From Thermoanaerobaculales bacterium (GTDB lineage: Bacteria; Acidobacteriota; Thermoanaerobaculia; Thermoanaerobaculales; Sulfomarinibacteraceae), in the NCBI GenBank assembly GCA_025456145.1, contig JALOLD010000009.1:64899-128898 (forward strand): a stretch of DNA of 64,000 nt, read 5' to 3'. The position numbers and the translations under genes are program-made. Below, piece by piece: positions 36,463-46,720 of this stretch (within the stretch, counting starts at the first letter, position 1; each line of letters starts with the position of its first letter). The notes below the pieces were generated by a model that was not told where the DNA came from, did not search any database, and saw only the letters and a list, made by a program, of their open reading frames with translations.

Positions 36463-37881
36463 TCACTCGGCGGTCAGCTCGGCCGCCAGCGCCGGGTCGA
36501 GATCGGGCCTCGCGAGGGCGAGGGAGGCGAAGGGCGCCGGCTGCCCGAGCCGCCTCGCCAGACGGGCGAGGCGGACCAGCAGGCCCTCGGGGGTCGCGCG
36601 GTCGACCCGGCCGGCGAGCCAGACCAGGGTGGACTCGACATCGCCCTCGAGGCCCTCGTCCATCAGCAGCTCGGCGGCCCGGGTCGCCGTCCGCAGGTCG
36701 ACGCCGGCCTCGGGGGCGGAGCGGATCAGCTCGGCCCAGACGTGGGCGAGCAGCCCGGTCTCGCCGGCCCGCACCGCCGCCGTCACCGCCGGCAGCACCG
36801 AGGGCAGGGCGCGCTCCGGGGTCCCCGCGGCGAGCGCGGTGTTCCACAGCGCGGCCGCCGCCTCGGCGTCGCCCGGCCGCCGCCCCAGCAGGGCCTCGAG
36901 CCCGCGCATCGCCTCCTCGCGGCGGCCACGCCGTGCGAGGTCGAGCAGCGCCTCGACCTCGCCGGCGTCGTGCACCGTCTCGGCCCGCTCCACGGCCGGC
37001 TCGACGAACCTCTCCTCGAGACCGAGCCGCACCACGACCAGGGCGGCGACGACCCCGAAGACGAAGCCTCCGACATGGGCGATGAAGCCGATGTCGCCGA
37101 GATCGGCGATGCTGAAGAAGGCCCACAGCCCCATCGCGAAGGCGAGCTCGCCGAGCGCCCACAGCCCGAGCATCAGCCCGGCCGGCGCCGAGAAGGTGCC
37201 GTGGTACATGCGCACCATCCAGACGAAGTAGACAAAGGTGATGCGACTCCTCCGATAGCGCACCGCGAAGGCGCCCATCACCCCGGCGACCGCTCCCGAG
37301 GCCCCGATCAGCGGCTCGGCGAGGTTCGGGTAGCGGGCGACGAAGACCAGCGCCGCCACCACCCCGGCGAGCAGGTAGAAGGCCGCGAAGAGCGGCCGGC
37401 CCCAGGCGTCCTCGACTGCCGGCCCGACCAGGTAGAAGAAGAGCAGGTTGCCGAGCAGGTGGAGCAGCCCGGCGTGGACGAAGAGGTGGGTGACCAGCGA
37501 GGTCGCGCGGATCTCGGTCGGGACGAGCCCCCAGCGCCAGAAGGGCAGCCGGTCGCGGGCCTCGTAGAAGCCCGCGACGAGGCGGTCGAGCTCGGCCTGC
37601 TGGCTCGCGATCCGGGCAGGGTCCGCGGGCGGCGCCGGCGACGAGTCGCGGCTCTGGCGAAGCGAGGTGTAGACATAGCCCTTGAGCCGCGGGTCGAGCT
37701 CGAGCCAGGGGTGGTCGAGGAAGTACTCGACCGCGCGGATTTCGGCGTCGACGATCGCTCTCGGGTCGCCGGGGGCGATCAGGGTCGCGAGGTAGACGAC
37801 GACGCACAGCCCGATGATCCCGAGGCTGACCCAGGGCATCCGCCGGACAGTCGACTGGTCGGTTCCAATCGGCAGCAGCAT
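36463..37881 (-). CDS. Rhomboid-family intramembrane serine protease with C-terminal helical-repeat domain
   Basis: The rhomboid core carries HLFVHAGLLHLLGNLLF, the catalytic GASGAVAGVMGA and the downstream His (AHVGGF). The C-terminal ~190 aa are Ala/Leu-rich TPR-like repeats. Confidence 0.85.
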   Translation of the reverse strand: MLLPIGTDQSTVRRMPWVSLGIIGLCVVVYLATLIAPGDPRAIVDAEIRAVEYFLDHPWLELDPRLKGYVYTSLRQSRDSSPAPPADPARIASQQAELDRLVAGFYEARDRLPFWRWGLVPTEIRATSLVTHLFVHAGLLHLLGNLLFFYLVGPAVEDAWGRPLFAAFYLLAGVVAALVFVARYPNLAEPLIGASGAVAGVMGAFAVRYRRSRITFVYFVWMVRMYHGTFSAPAGLMLGLWALGELAFAMGLWAFFSIADLGDIGFIAHVGGFVFGVVAALVVVRLGLEERFVEPAVERAETVHDAGEVEALLDLARRGRREEAMRGLEALLGRRPGDAEAAAALWNTALAAGTPERALPSVLPAVTAAVRAGETGLLAHVWAELIRSAPEAGVDLRTATRAAELLMDEGLEGDVESTLVWLAGRVDRATPEGLLVRLARLARRLGQPAPFASLALARPDLDPALAAELTAE

Positions 37882-38158
37882 CGGTCATCTCACCGGGCCG
37901 TCGGTCGCGAGCCCGGAGACCGGGACCCGGGTGCGGCGCCGGCGGCGGCGCCGAGTCTGCCAGCCCATGTCGATCCTCCAGCGGTCGGCGTGCTCGTCGC
38001 GATGATCCCACATCCGCCCGGTCGACGACGATCCCTCGGGCAGAGAACCCCCATCTTTCCGCCAACCGATCCCCACAGCTCCTTCACCACTTCGCTCCCC
38101 GGTGCGCCGACGTTCGAGGCAGAGCCCCGAACGACGCGACGAACGAAGGGAGCGCGCC

Positions 38159-39445
38159 ATGATCAGAACCGCCACCACCTTGATGTCGTGTGCGATCACC
38201 ACGATGGTCGCCGTCGCCCCGGCGCCAAGCGCCGCCCAGGTCCCGTCCTCTTCCGGCGGCCACCCGGTGCTCGTCCTCCAGGTCGGCGACATCGTCCCCG
38301 GCGCCCGTGACCGGTCCGTCGTCACCCTGTCGGGACCCGAGAGCGCCGGCGGCGACCATGTCGGTTTCGCCCTCGTTCTCAGCGGCGGCGAGGGCGCACT
38401 GTGGGTCGGGCATCCCGACGGACGGCCCGAGCGGCTGATCCTGTCCCGTTCGGTCGGCGCGAGCTGGTTCTACACGAACCGCTTCGGAGTCGCCGCCGAG
38501 CCCCCCTGGGGCACCGCCGACGGCGCCGACCTGCCCTTCGCCGTCAAGGCGCGGATGAGCGACGGCCGAAGGACCATCCTCACCGGCTGGGGCCTTGCCC
38601 AGGTGATCGGCGCCGGCGCTCCCGGGCTGCCCGCGGGCGCCACGGTCAGCGATGTCCGGCGTCTGTCGATGCTGCTCGACGGCGAGGCCGCCTGGGTCGC
38701 CAGCTGGTCGGCCCAGGGCCGGACGGGCACCGCGCTCTACCATCGCTCCGCCGGGCCCAAGGCCGAGGCCGACCTGCTGCTGATCACCGGCGACCCCGCC
38801 TGCGGCGCCGTCCTCGGCGAACTGAGGAACTTCCGGGTCGCCCCGAACCGTCGCCGCGGTCAGGCCGTCGAGCTGATCACCGACCAGGGTCCTCGGGACG
38901 CGCTGCTTCTCGACGGCGAGTGCCCGCTGGCCGTCGGCCGGCCCCTGCCGGGCGGCGCCGAGACGCCGACCGAGATCCTCTTCTTCGACGTGAACAGCGC
39001 GGGCCGGGTGCTGCTCGGGGCGATCACCGACGCGCCGTCGAACCGCAACGCGGTGTTCGTCCTCGACGGACGGGTGGTGATGCGCGAGGGCGAGGTGATC
39101 GACGGCGTCCACCTCGCGCCGAGCTCCGCCCAGCCCAACCAGGCGCGGCTCGACGACCTCGGCCGGGCGGTGACGCTGTGGGCCGGCCCGCCGACCTCGC
39201 GGTACACGATCTTCTACACCCCGGATGTCGACGACTTCGCCAGCACGCGCGCGCTGGTCACCGAGGGCGCATCCCTCGACCTCAACGGCGACGGGTCCCC
39301 GGACGCGACCCTCGAGGAGTTCCGCTTCTTCCCCGACAGCGGCCCGACCTTCAGCCTCGGCGAGACCGGGATCCACATCGCGGTCAAGCTCCGCTATCCG
39401 GGCTCGCCCCAGACCATCGACGCGGTGATCTTCCAGCCCTTCTGA
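38159..39445 (+). CDS. Secreted hypothetical protein
   Basis: ATG at 38159. It has a signal peptide (TTMVAVAPAPSAAQ). 428 aa. One DLNGDGSPD motif is present. No family was recognised. Confidence 0.65.
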   Translation: MIRTATTLMSCAITTMVAVAPAPSAAQVPSSSGGHPVLVLQVGDIVPGARDRSVVTLSGPESAGGDHVGFALVLSGGEGALWVGHPDGRPERLILSRSVGASWFYTNRFGVAAEPPWGTADGADLPFAVKARMSDGRRTILTGWGLAQVIGAGAPGLPAGATVSDVRRLSMLLDGEAAWVASWSAQGRTGTALYHRSAGPKAEADLLLITGDPACGAVLGELRNFRVAPNRRRGQAVELITDQGPRDALLLDGECPLAVGRPLPGGAETPTEILFFDVNSAGRVLLGAITDAPSNRNAVFVLDGRVVMREGEVIDGVHLAPSSAQPNQARLDDLGRAVTLWAGPPTSRYTIFYTPDVDDFASTRALVTEGASLDLNGDGSPDATLEEFRFFPDSGPTFSLGETGIHIAVKLRYPGSPQTIDAVIFQPF

Positions 39446-39568
39446 CGAGATCGGTACGGGGCGCCGGGCTCGGCGAGCCGGCGGCGGGTCGTCCCCTCCC
39501 GACCCCCCGGCCGGCCGCCGGGTCCGGCGCTCGTTCGCCGGTCCCCAGTGGGTCGTGCCCCCGCCCCT

Positions 39569-41863
39569 TCAACGGGCCTGCGGTACCGCGACCTGGGGGT
39601 AGATGAGCACCCGATCGTGCACGACGAGCGCGAGATCCTGCAGGCCGTCGTTCGTCAGGTCCGCGACGACAATCTCCCGCGGCTGGTGGACGGAGCCCTG
39701 CTGGCCCTCGTAGTGGAGGTCGACCTCGAAGACAGTGAAGTGGAGCAGGCTCGTCCACAGGTCGTTGTCGCCGGGGCGCAGGATCTCGACCACGTGGGAG
39801 TCTCGGGAGTCCATGGCCAGCACCTCGAAGATCCCGTCGCCGTCCAGATCGCCCACGTCGATGCCCCGGTACTCCACCCCCGTGAGGTCGCACTCCCAGG
39901 CCGACGTCGGCCGCAGGACGGTCTCGCTCAGCCCAACTGGGATCCAGACGAAGCGATCGCTTCCGAACAGGACGAGGTCGTCGGTGCCCGAGCCGTCCAG
40001 GTCGACGGCCGCGGCTTCGGCGAGATCCACCGATGGCAGCTCGAAACTGCCGCGAAAGCCCCACCCTGCGGTCCGGCGCTGGGTAACCGAGTGTCCCCGG
40101 CCCTTGTCCGGTTCGAGCAACACGACCGTCGGATCGCCCGCGGCGCCGACGAGAACCGCTGCGGCAATCCGGGCGTCGGCGGACCGGGCGTTGAGCTGGG
40201 CCACGATCTCGAGCTCACCGGTGCTCCCGACCCGCAGCGCGCGGGCGAAGCCGGCGTTGGCGACGATCAGCTCGCGACGACCGTCGCCGTCGATGTCGGC
40301 GAGCGAGACCGCCGACGGCTTCACGTCGGCCAACGACGACCGCCCGAAGCCCGACTCCTGCACGGCCTCGGTCAAGGTGCCGTTGCCGTCGTTCAGCAGC
40401 AGGCGGAGGTCGCCGTGATCGACGAACAGGACGAGGTCGGGACGACCGTCCTGGTCGAGGTCCGCGACCCGCAGGGCGGCGGGGTCGTGGTCCAGGTCGC
40501 CGACCTCCACCCGGGTGCCGTCCTGCCAGTCCGAGGCGCCACTGAGCAGGAACAGTCGCCGCTCGCGCTTCTCGGTGGAGGCGTAGACCAGGTCGACGCG
40601 GCCGTCCCCGTCGAAGTCCGCGGCGGCGACCGCCTCCGGCCTGCCCTCGACGGAGATGACCGCGGGAAGCTCGAGCTGCCCGTCCTCCCTCAGCCGGGTC
40701 CACGCGAGGGTCTGCTCCTTGGGGCTCGCCATGATCAGCTCGTCCCGCCCGTCGCCGTCACGGTCGACGGCGACGAGGGACCGGATCCCGGTGAGGGACG
40801 GGAACGCCTCGGCGGCGGAGAAGATCCCGCTCCGGACCTGGCGGAACACCCAGATTCTGGCGTCGCGAGGGTCGGCGACGGCGAGGTCGAGCAGACCGTT
40901 CCGGTCGAGGTCGGCGAGGGTGGCGGCCGCCGTCGCCTTGCCGTCGCTGGGGTAGGCGAACACCCGCGGCCGGGCGTCGCCGACGGGCGTCTGCTCTCGA
41001 TCGTCAAAGACGAGGCCCAGCCGCTCGAGCTGACCGGTGTTGTCCTGGATGCGGACGAAGTCGGCGCCGCGGCCGGAGGCGGCGGGGATCGGTCGAACGA
41101 TGCCTCTCGTGGCGCCGATGCGGTAGGTCAGCTCGGGTCCGAAGGCGCCGGCGCCGAGGCCGGGTCGCACGCGAATCGATCCCTCGTCGCCGGTGGCCTG
41201 GTACGACAGGTCCGCAAGGCCGTCGCCGTCGACGTCGACCGTGTTGAGGCCGAAGCACTCTCCCGGAAGCCGGTGGGCAACCGGCTCGCCGAGCTCGCCG
41301 TCGTCGGCCTGGAGGAGGACCAGCAGCTCGAGCTTCGTGAGGACGACGAGGTCGCTGCGGCCGTCACTGTTCAGGTCGACGGCATCGACCGTGCTGCCGT
41401 AGGTCGCCGGTTCGTCGATGTCGAATCGCCGCGACCGGTCGAACTCGCCCCTGCGGTCCTGGTAGCGGATGGAAAGCCCCTCGATGCTGTTGGTGAAGGC
41501 CAGGTCGGTGCGCCCGTCGTGGTCGAAGTCGCCGAGCGCGAGCTCGTACATGCGGCTGCCCGTGGCGACGGTCCGCAGCTGGAAACGGGCGTCCTCGAGG
41601 ACCGGCTTCCACCGGTCGAGGCCGGCCGGCCGCCGCTCGGCGGCGGGTGCCCCGGCTGGTCGCTGGATCAGCACGTCGATCCGAGCGTGGTCGTTGTTGA
41701 GCAGGGCGAGGTCGGTGCGGCCGTCGCCGTCGATGTCCGCGGCGGCCAACGATCCCGAGTTCCACCCGGTCGTGATGACCTCCGGGCCTTCGAGCTCGAG
41801 GGATGACGCCGTGCCGTGGGCCGCGAGCACGCACGCGAGGAGGAGTGTGCAAGCCGATCGCAT
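39569..41863 (-). CDS. Secreted FG-GAP/VCBS-repeat protein
   Basis: ATG at 41863. It has a signal peptide (ACTLLLACVLAAHG). More than 10 repeats of the D.DGDG..DL type are present (DIDGDGRTDL, DFDHDGRTDL, DLNSDGRSDL...). Confidence 0.8.
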   Translation of the reverse strand: MRSACTLLLACVLAAHGTASSLELEGPEVITTGWNSGSLAAADIDGDGRTDLALLNNDHARIDVLIQRPAGAPAAERRPAGLDRWKPVLEDARFQLRTVATGSRMYELALGDFDHDGRTDLAFTNSIEGLSIRYQDRRGEFDRSRRFDIDEPATYGSTVDAVDLNSDGRSDLVVLTKLELLVLLQADDGELGEPVAHRLPGECFGLNTVDVDGDGLADLSYQATGDEGSIRVRPGLGAGAFGPELTYRIGATRGIVRPIPAASGRGADFVRIQDNTGQLERLGLVFDDREQTPVGDARPRVFAYPSDGKATAAATLADLDRNGLLDLAVADPRDARIWVFRQVRSGIFSAAEAFPSLTGIRSLVAVDRDGDGRDELIMASPKEQTLAWTRLREDGQLELPAVISVEGRPEAVAAADFDGDGRVDLVYASTEKRERRLFLLSGASDWQDGTRVEVGDLDHDPAALRVADLDQDGRPDLVLFVDHGDLRLLLNDGNGTLTEAVQESGFGRSSLADVKPSAVSLADIDGDGRRELIVANAGFARALRVGSTGELEIVAQLNARSADARIAAAVLVGAAGDPTVVLLEPDKGRGHSVTQRRTAGWGFRGSFELPSVDLAEAAAVDLDGSGTDDLVLFGSDRFVWIPVGLSETVLRPTSAWECDLTGVEYRGIDVGDLDGDGIFEVLAMDSRDSHVVEILRPGDNDLWTSLLHFTVFEVDLHYEGQQGSVHQPREIVVADLTNDGLQDLALVVHDRVLIYPQVAVPQAR

Positions 41864-41880
41864 CCGCCGGTCGTCCACGC

Positions 41881-43716
41881 CTACTCCGAGGCCGCCGGCA
41901 GCGTCCAGGTACGGAAGACCAGGCTCCGGTCGTCCTTCCACGCTCCGGTGACCGCGGACGAGAAGTAGCGACCGATGACGTCGGCATCGGGCACGGCCTC
42001 GGGGTCGCAGATCCCGAAGGTCGAGCCCTCGCCGTCGTCGAGGTCGATCTTCGGGAAGGCCGCGATGATCGGGAACAGCACCCCACCGAAGGCCGCGAGG
42101 TTCAGGACCTGAATCACCGAGGAACCTCGGGGCAGGACCGCCATCGCTGCCTGGACCCACGGTTGCTGCCACACCGCTTCCCCCCTCCCGGAGTAGGCGA
42201 GCAGAGCGTCCTCGAGGGTCACCAGCGAGCCCATGGAGACCAGAAGGTGGCGGTCGGTGACGACGTAGGCCAGCTGGTTTTCGGAACCCCCTTCCGCGGT
42301 TTGCGCCACGGAGGGGGTGTAGATCGTCTGCCCGGCGAACTCCCGGGTCGAGAACAGGTCGGAGCCGCGGCCGGCGATGGACTTCAGGTTCTCGATGGCG
42401 TTTTCGATCCCGCCGCGTTGCCGGATGCCCAGGACGAAGACCTGGTCCTGGGTCAGCTCGAGCTCGTCGGCGCTGCCGCCGGACACCCCGTGGTAGTTCT
42501 GGATCGTGATGAGCTCGCCGTCCAGGTTGTCGAGGAGATCGCGCTTGAGGTCGAGCTCGACGCCCGCCTGCTTGGCGGTGGCCTGGAGCTGCATCGCCGC
42601 CAGGGCCATCAGGGAGGGGTTGATGCCGTTGACGATCTCGACCACGGCCGACCAGGACGCGGCGACGTCGAACCTCGAGGTCGAGAAGGCGTCGCTTCCG
42701 GCTGGGATGAACGACGGGCGCGGAGCCTCCCCGGGGCCGTAGGCGAGGAGCTTGACCAGGCCGGTGTTCTCGGTGTAGGTCACTCCGATGGACGCTGTGG
42801 CGATCTCTCCCTGCTGCTCGCTGGTCACGAAGACCGCCTGCAACGCCTCGACCCCCAGCGCCTCGACCAGGGCTGCCGGGTCGAATGGGAAGAGGCTCTC
42901 GGTCTGCTCCGCCTCAGCCGCTGCGAACGCGACCAGGTCCGCGATGACGGGAGTCCAGGCATCCATGTCCAGGAAGACCCAGGAGTCGGCGCCGCGGACG
43001 TACCTCGCGACCGTGGCGAAGCTGTCGCCGTCATCCAGAGGGCGATCGACTCCGCCGTCGAGAATGCCGGCGACGACCCTCTCGAGAGTCCCGACCGGGT
43101 AGGCGTCCACCAGCACACCGTCCACGATCGCCCAGCCGGTCTCCATGGTGACCTCGTCACCCTCGAGGACCGTTTCCAGATGGAGGTCGACGCCGCGGAA
43201 CTCCCGGGTCTCGTAACGGACCGCCTCGCCGATGTCGTTCGCCTCGTTTACCGCCTCGTCCGCCAACCTCGCCTCCTGCTCGAGGAGAACGGCCTCGAGG
43301 GCGGGGCCGTTGTCGCCGACGGCTGCCAAGAGTGCGATCGAAAAGTCGGCGTCCTGCTCGCCCGGAGTGAGGTCAAGCTCGAAGGCGTCGACGAAGACGA
43401 CGAGCTGGCCGGTGAACATGGCGGCGATCTCGTCGATGGTGCGGCCGGTCTCCTGCCGCACGAGATCGTCCCACCGGTCGATTCGGATCTCCTCCCGCAG
43501 TGGTGCGAAGAACGCCTTGACCTGCGGGTCGTTCCAGAGCTTAGCGGTGGGCGAGCCCCGCCACGCCGCCAGGGTCGTCGGCACGTCGGCGACGGCGAAG
43601 ACCAGCGGCGAGCCGGAAGGGACCACGTCGGTCAGGCTCTCGACGGCGGCCTCGAGCGCCGGGGAGGCGACCAGCACGACGACAAGGGTGAACAGGATTG
43701 GGAGTCTCACGGTCAT
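41881..43716 (-). CDS. Secreted hypothetical protein (DUF3352-like)
   Basis: ATG at 43716 in an ATGA overlap with the protease stop. It has a signal peptide (LPILFTLVVVLVASPALEA). 611 aa. The family call is tentative. Confidence 0.65.
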   Translation of the reverse strand: MTVRLPILFTLVVVLVASPALEAAVESLTDVVPSGSPLVFAVADVPTTLAAWRGSPTAKLWNDPQVKAFFAPLREEIRIDRWDDLVRQETGRTIDEIAAMFTGQLVVFVDAFELDLTPGEQDADFSIALLAAVGDNGPALEAVLLEQEARLADEAVNEANDIGEAVRYETREFRGVDLHLETVLEGDEVTMETGWAIVDGVLVDAYPVGTLERVVAGILDGGVDRPLDDGDSFATVARYVRGADSWVFLDMDAWTPVIADLVAFAAAEAEQTESLFPFDPAALVEALGVEALQAVFVTSEQQGEIATASIGVTYTENTGLVKLLAYGPGEAPRPSFIPAGSDAFSTSRFDVAASWSAVVEIVNGINPSLMALAAMQLQATAKQAGVELDLKRDLLDNLDGELITIQNYHGVSGGSADELELTQDQVFVLGIRQRGGIENAIENLKSIAGRGSDLFSTREFAGQTIYTPSVAQTAEGGSENQLAYVVTDRHLLVSMGSLVTLEDALLAYSGRGEAVWQQPWVQAAMAVLPRGSSVIQVLNLAAFGGVLFPIIAAFPKIDLDDGEGSTFGICDPEAVPDADVIGRYFSSAVTGAWKDDRSLVFRTWTLPAASE

Positions 43717-44654
43717 TCGTCCCTCTCGGTGGAACCCGAGGTGTGTCGGGGCGGGCTGAGATACCGGAAGCCCGCGTTGGGGTGCCGAGGATCGAAGGCG
43801 AAGGCGTCGCGGTTTCGGAGGAACTCCTTGAGGGTGCTGACCCTGATGGCGAAGCCCAGACCTTCGATGCCGACGTCGTTCACCTTGAGCTGGTTGACTC
43901 CGACGACCTCGCCGCGCAGGTTGAACAAGGGCCCGCCCGAGTTCCCGGGGTTGACCTCGGCGGTGGTTTGGATGAGCAGCCGGCCCCCGGCGAGCCGGTC
44001 GGTGAGACTGATGATCCCCTCGGACACCGAGCGGTCGAGACCGAGGGGCGAGCCGACGGCGAACACGGGCTGCCCCTGGTGCAGGGTGTCGACGTCGCCG
44101 AGGGGAGCCGTTGCGAAGTCGTGGCCGCCGCCGTCCTCGATCTTGAGCAGGGCGAGATCCACCCATGGGTCGAGGGCGACGATCCGGACGTGCTCGAAGT
44201 GGATCTGCTCGAGCTCGTGCTCGGTCCGCCGGTAAAGGGTGATCGAGATCTGGTGCTCGCCGGAGATCACGTGCTGGTTGGTCACCACGTACCCCGACGG
44301 GTGGATGACGAATCCCGAGCCCAGCCCGATCGGCGTCCGGACCTGCACCACCGCCTCGCCGCAGCGCTCGATGTTTTCCTCGACGCTGAGCTCGGGGCGT
44401 CCTGGCTCCGTGCGGTAGAGATCCGGGCTCTTGGTCGCCGGGATCTCGGCCGCTTCGGTCTCGACGATCCGATCGACGGCGTTTCTGGGGATCTCGAGCA
44501 CACGGTAGCCCAGGTCGACCACGACAGTGTCCGCTTTCTCGAGCAGGATCTCGCCGGTCACCGAGCCACCGCCGTGCAGGTGGACCGTCTGCGACGCCTG
44601 TGCAGGGCTGCAAGTGGTGAGGATGACGGCCGCGATTGCAGTCGGGCTCTTCAT
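43713..44654 (-). CDS. Secreted trypsin-like serine protease (S1C/DegP catalytic domain, no PDZ seen)
   Basis: Catalytic triad context is VVTNQHV (His), DLALLKI (Asp) and GNSGGPLF (Ser). An N-terminal signal peptide is present. Confidence 0.85.
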   Translation of the reverse strand: MKSPTAIAAVILTTCSPAQASQTVHLHGGGSVTGEILLEKADTVVVDLGYRVLEIPRNAVDRIVETEAAEIPATKSPDLYRTEPGRPELSVEENIERCGEAVVQVRTPIGLGSGFVIHPSGYVVTNQHVISGEHQISITLYRRTEHELEQIHFEHVRIVALDPWVDLALLKIEDGGGHDFATAPLGDVDTLHQGQPVFAVGSPLGLDRSVSEGIISLTDRLAGGRLLIQTTAEVNPGNSGGPLFNLRGEVVGVNQLKVNDVGIEGLGFAIRVSTLKEFLRNRDAFAFDPRHPNAGFRYLSPPRHTSGSTERDE

Positions 44655-45175
44655 GCTTCGGCTGATTTCCCCTGATGCGCTGCGTTGGCACGAGGCGCGC
44701 CCACCGATCCAGTGTACCCGATCGTTCAGACCGGTCTTTTCGATCGTTCCCTCTGCGCTCCACCGCCCGTCGGGGCGTTTCCCTCGGAGGTGATCGTCGT
44801 CCGATGCCGCGACCGAAGGCGATCGACGGGCCCATTGTCAGCGGGACGAATTCGAAAGCAGGATCCGATCGAAGCTGAGCCGATTGGTCGGGGCCGCTTC
44901 AGATCGGGCGGGCAGTCCGCCTGCACCGTCGTGGCGCCGCTCGCCAGGCCGATCACGATCAGGGTCAACATCCGTACCTTCGGAACAGGCTGTCGTAACC
45001 GGCGTCGGGAAGACCGGGGCGGTTACCCGTCCCGGTCTTCCCGAAGCCCGATCTCTCACACCAGAACGATCGCGATCTCGTTGGGCCTGGCACTCGATGC
45101 GCCGGATGTACCGAACGTGCGCCGGATACGCCGAACGCGCGGACCACCCCAGCATCACGGAGTGACTCCCGACCA

Positions 45176-45245
45176 GGCGCCGGCCATCGACGACCGGGTG
45201 GTGGACGGTCGAGACCACGGTCCCCGCGACGCGACCGATCTTCAC
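45176..45245 (-). pseudogene. 5' fragment of a BMC-P (EutN/CcmL) gene, duplicate of the start of CDS 46448..46720
   Basis: GTG at 45245 followed by KIGRVAGTVVSTVHHPVVDGRRL, nearly identical to MKIGRVAGTVVSTVHHPVVDGRRL of the intact gene. Similarity is lost after about 23 codons. About 89% nucleotide identity over 83 bp (45176-45258 vs 46651-46733), counted by hand. Confidence 0.65.
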
Positions 45246-45301
45246 CGAGCCGCCTCCCGGCGGCCCGGCGAGCACGGCCGGACGGCCGGAACCGTGCTCG
45301 C

Positions 45302-46426
45302 TCACTTGGACCTCGACGCGCCGAGCACTCGGGCCACACGGCGGAACGGCAGGCGCAGCGGCACGGGGAGGCGACGGCTCCAGGGCAGTCCCCCCGAGGC
45401 GATCCGATCGGGCAGCACCTCGAAGAGCAGCCTCGCCCAACGTTCCACGATGGTGTCGACCGAGAACTCCCCCGCCCGACGCGCGCCGTTGGCGACCATT
45501 CGGGCGTAGAGCTCCGGATCATCGCGGAGTCGGCGCAGCGCTGCCAGCGCGTCGGCGGTGCCGCACACCTCGAAGTAGTCTTCCTCGCCCCGGCGGATCT
45601 CACGGCAGGCGTAGTCGACGCCGATGATCGCGGGCACCCGGGCGTACCACGCGTTGATCAGCTTGCTGGCGGGCTTGGCGAAGCGGAGCCGCCGCTCGTC
45701 CGGTCGGACCGCCACCACGACGTCGAGGTCGCTGTAGTCCTCCCAGCCGACGGCCGGGATCCTCGGCGTCTCCCGACTCCGCGCCATCCGGGGCACCCAC
45801 TCGAGGCCGAGATCGGCGACGGCGGAGCGCCAGCCGTCGCGTCGGAAGGCAGGGTGGAGGTTCTCGACCAGCCCCATGTAGCCGACCCGCCGGACCGTCG
45901 ACCCCCGCCCGGGGTCGCGAGCTCGGATGCCCGGCTGCGGCCAGTGGGGCACGAAGAAGCGCCGGCGGTCGTCGGCGAAACGGCCATTCTGCAGCACCTC
46001 GAAGTCGGCCAACAGGGGCGCGCTGTTGTCGGCCCTGGTCGCGACGAAGACCAGATCGGACCGCGCCGGGACCAGGCCCGCGAGCGCGTGCTTGTGCTTC
46101 GCGTGAAACACGACGATGCCCCGCTCCGGTGGCCGACCGACGAGCTCGACGGGATAGCCCGCCGCTCGCAGCCGAGCGTAGGTCTGGCCGATCCACGTCC
46201 GCTCGCCGCTGCTGAAGGCTGCAGGCTCGCGGTCGGGGTCGAGGTCCTTCAACTCGTCGAGGTCTGGCTCGTCGGCCAGAAAGAAGCGGACCGGCTCGCG
46301 AGCCTCCCCCTCTCCGAGCACGCCGGAGCGTTCACTGCCGGTGCGTGGGGTGGCGTCGTGCACGATGGACGATTCTAGCGAAACCTCGACCCGTCCGTCC
46401 CGGCCCGGACCGCGGCGAAGCAGCAC
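45302..46426 (-). CDS. Hypothetical protein with glycosyltransferase (GT-B) like C-terminal half
   Basis: 374-aa ORF with high GC3. The C-terminal pattern KPASKLINAWYARVPAII...EEDYFEV...DPELYARM...FSVDTIVERW resembles GT1/GT4 C-terminal domains. Start is uncertain (GTG 46426 is listed). Confidence 0.5.
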   Translation of the reverse strand: MLLRRGPGRDGRVEVSLESSIVHDATPRTGSERSGVLGEGEAREPVRFFLADEPDLDELKDLDPDREPAAFSSGERTWIGQTYARLRAAGYPVELVGRPPERGIVVFHAKHKHALAGLVPARSDLVFVATRADNSAPLLADFEVLQNGRFADDRRRFFVPHWPQPGIRARDPGRGSTVRRVGYMGLVENLHPAFRRDGWRSAVADLGLEWVPRMARSRETPRIPAVGWEDYSDLDVVVAVRPDERRLRFAKPASKLINAWYARVPAIIGVDYACREIRRGEEDYFEVCGTADALAALRRLRDDPELYARMVANGARRAGEFSVDTIVERWARLLFEVLPDRIASGGLPWSRRLPVPLRLPFRRVARVLGASRSK

Positions 46427-46447
46427 GCGAGCACGATGCCCGCGAGC

Positions 46448-46720
46448 TCAGCCGTTCAGGCTCACCGCGTCGACGATGCCGACGATCACCGAGCGGATCG
46501 GCGCGGCGGGCTCGTTGAGGACCTGGCGGGCGCCGGTGCCCTCGTCGAGCACGAGCACGGTCTCGCCGGCCCCGGCGTCGACCGCGTCGACCGCGATGAG
46601 GTAACGCCCGGTCGGCTCGAGATCGAGGCCGAGCAGGTCGACGAGGAGCAGGCGTCGGCCGTCGACCACCGGGTGGTGGACAGTCGAGACCACGGTCCCC
46701 GCGACGCGGCCGATCTTCAC
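46448..46720 (-). CDS. BMC vertex protein BMC-P (EutN/CcmL/PduN family), copy 3
   Basis: 90 aa. MKIGRVAGTVVST..HPVVDGRRLLLV....G....AVD.V.AG.GE.VLV matches the BMC-P family pattern. A GTGA overlap couples it to the upstream gene. Confidence 0.9.
   Translation of the reverse strand: MKIGRVAGTVVSTVHHPVVDGRRLLLVDLLGLDLEPTGRYLIAVDAVDAGAGETVLVLDEGTGARQVLNEPAAPIRSVIVGIVDAVSLNG

Noticed and set aside
41803-44235. 810-aa plus-strand ORF antisense to the DUF3352-like and protease genes
   Set aside because: It is a shadow frame. The minus-strand genes have signal peptides, coupled starts and a catalytic triad.
44726-44971. 81-aa ORF with a good RBS and signal-peptide-like N-terminus
   Set aside because: GC3 codon bias collapses after about 25 codons and the remainder is low-complexity. 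It is interpreted as a truncated gene remnant in the scar region rather than a functional small secreted protein.
44838-45440. 200-aa minus-strand ORF covering the BMC-P-like fragment
   Set aside because: Only about 23 internal codons resemble BMC-P. The rest is Arg/Gly-rich junk and overlaps the 3' end of CDS 45302..46426. It is annotated instead as a pseudogene fragment (45176..45245).
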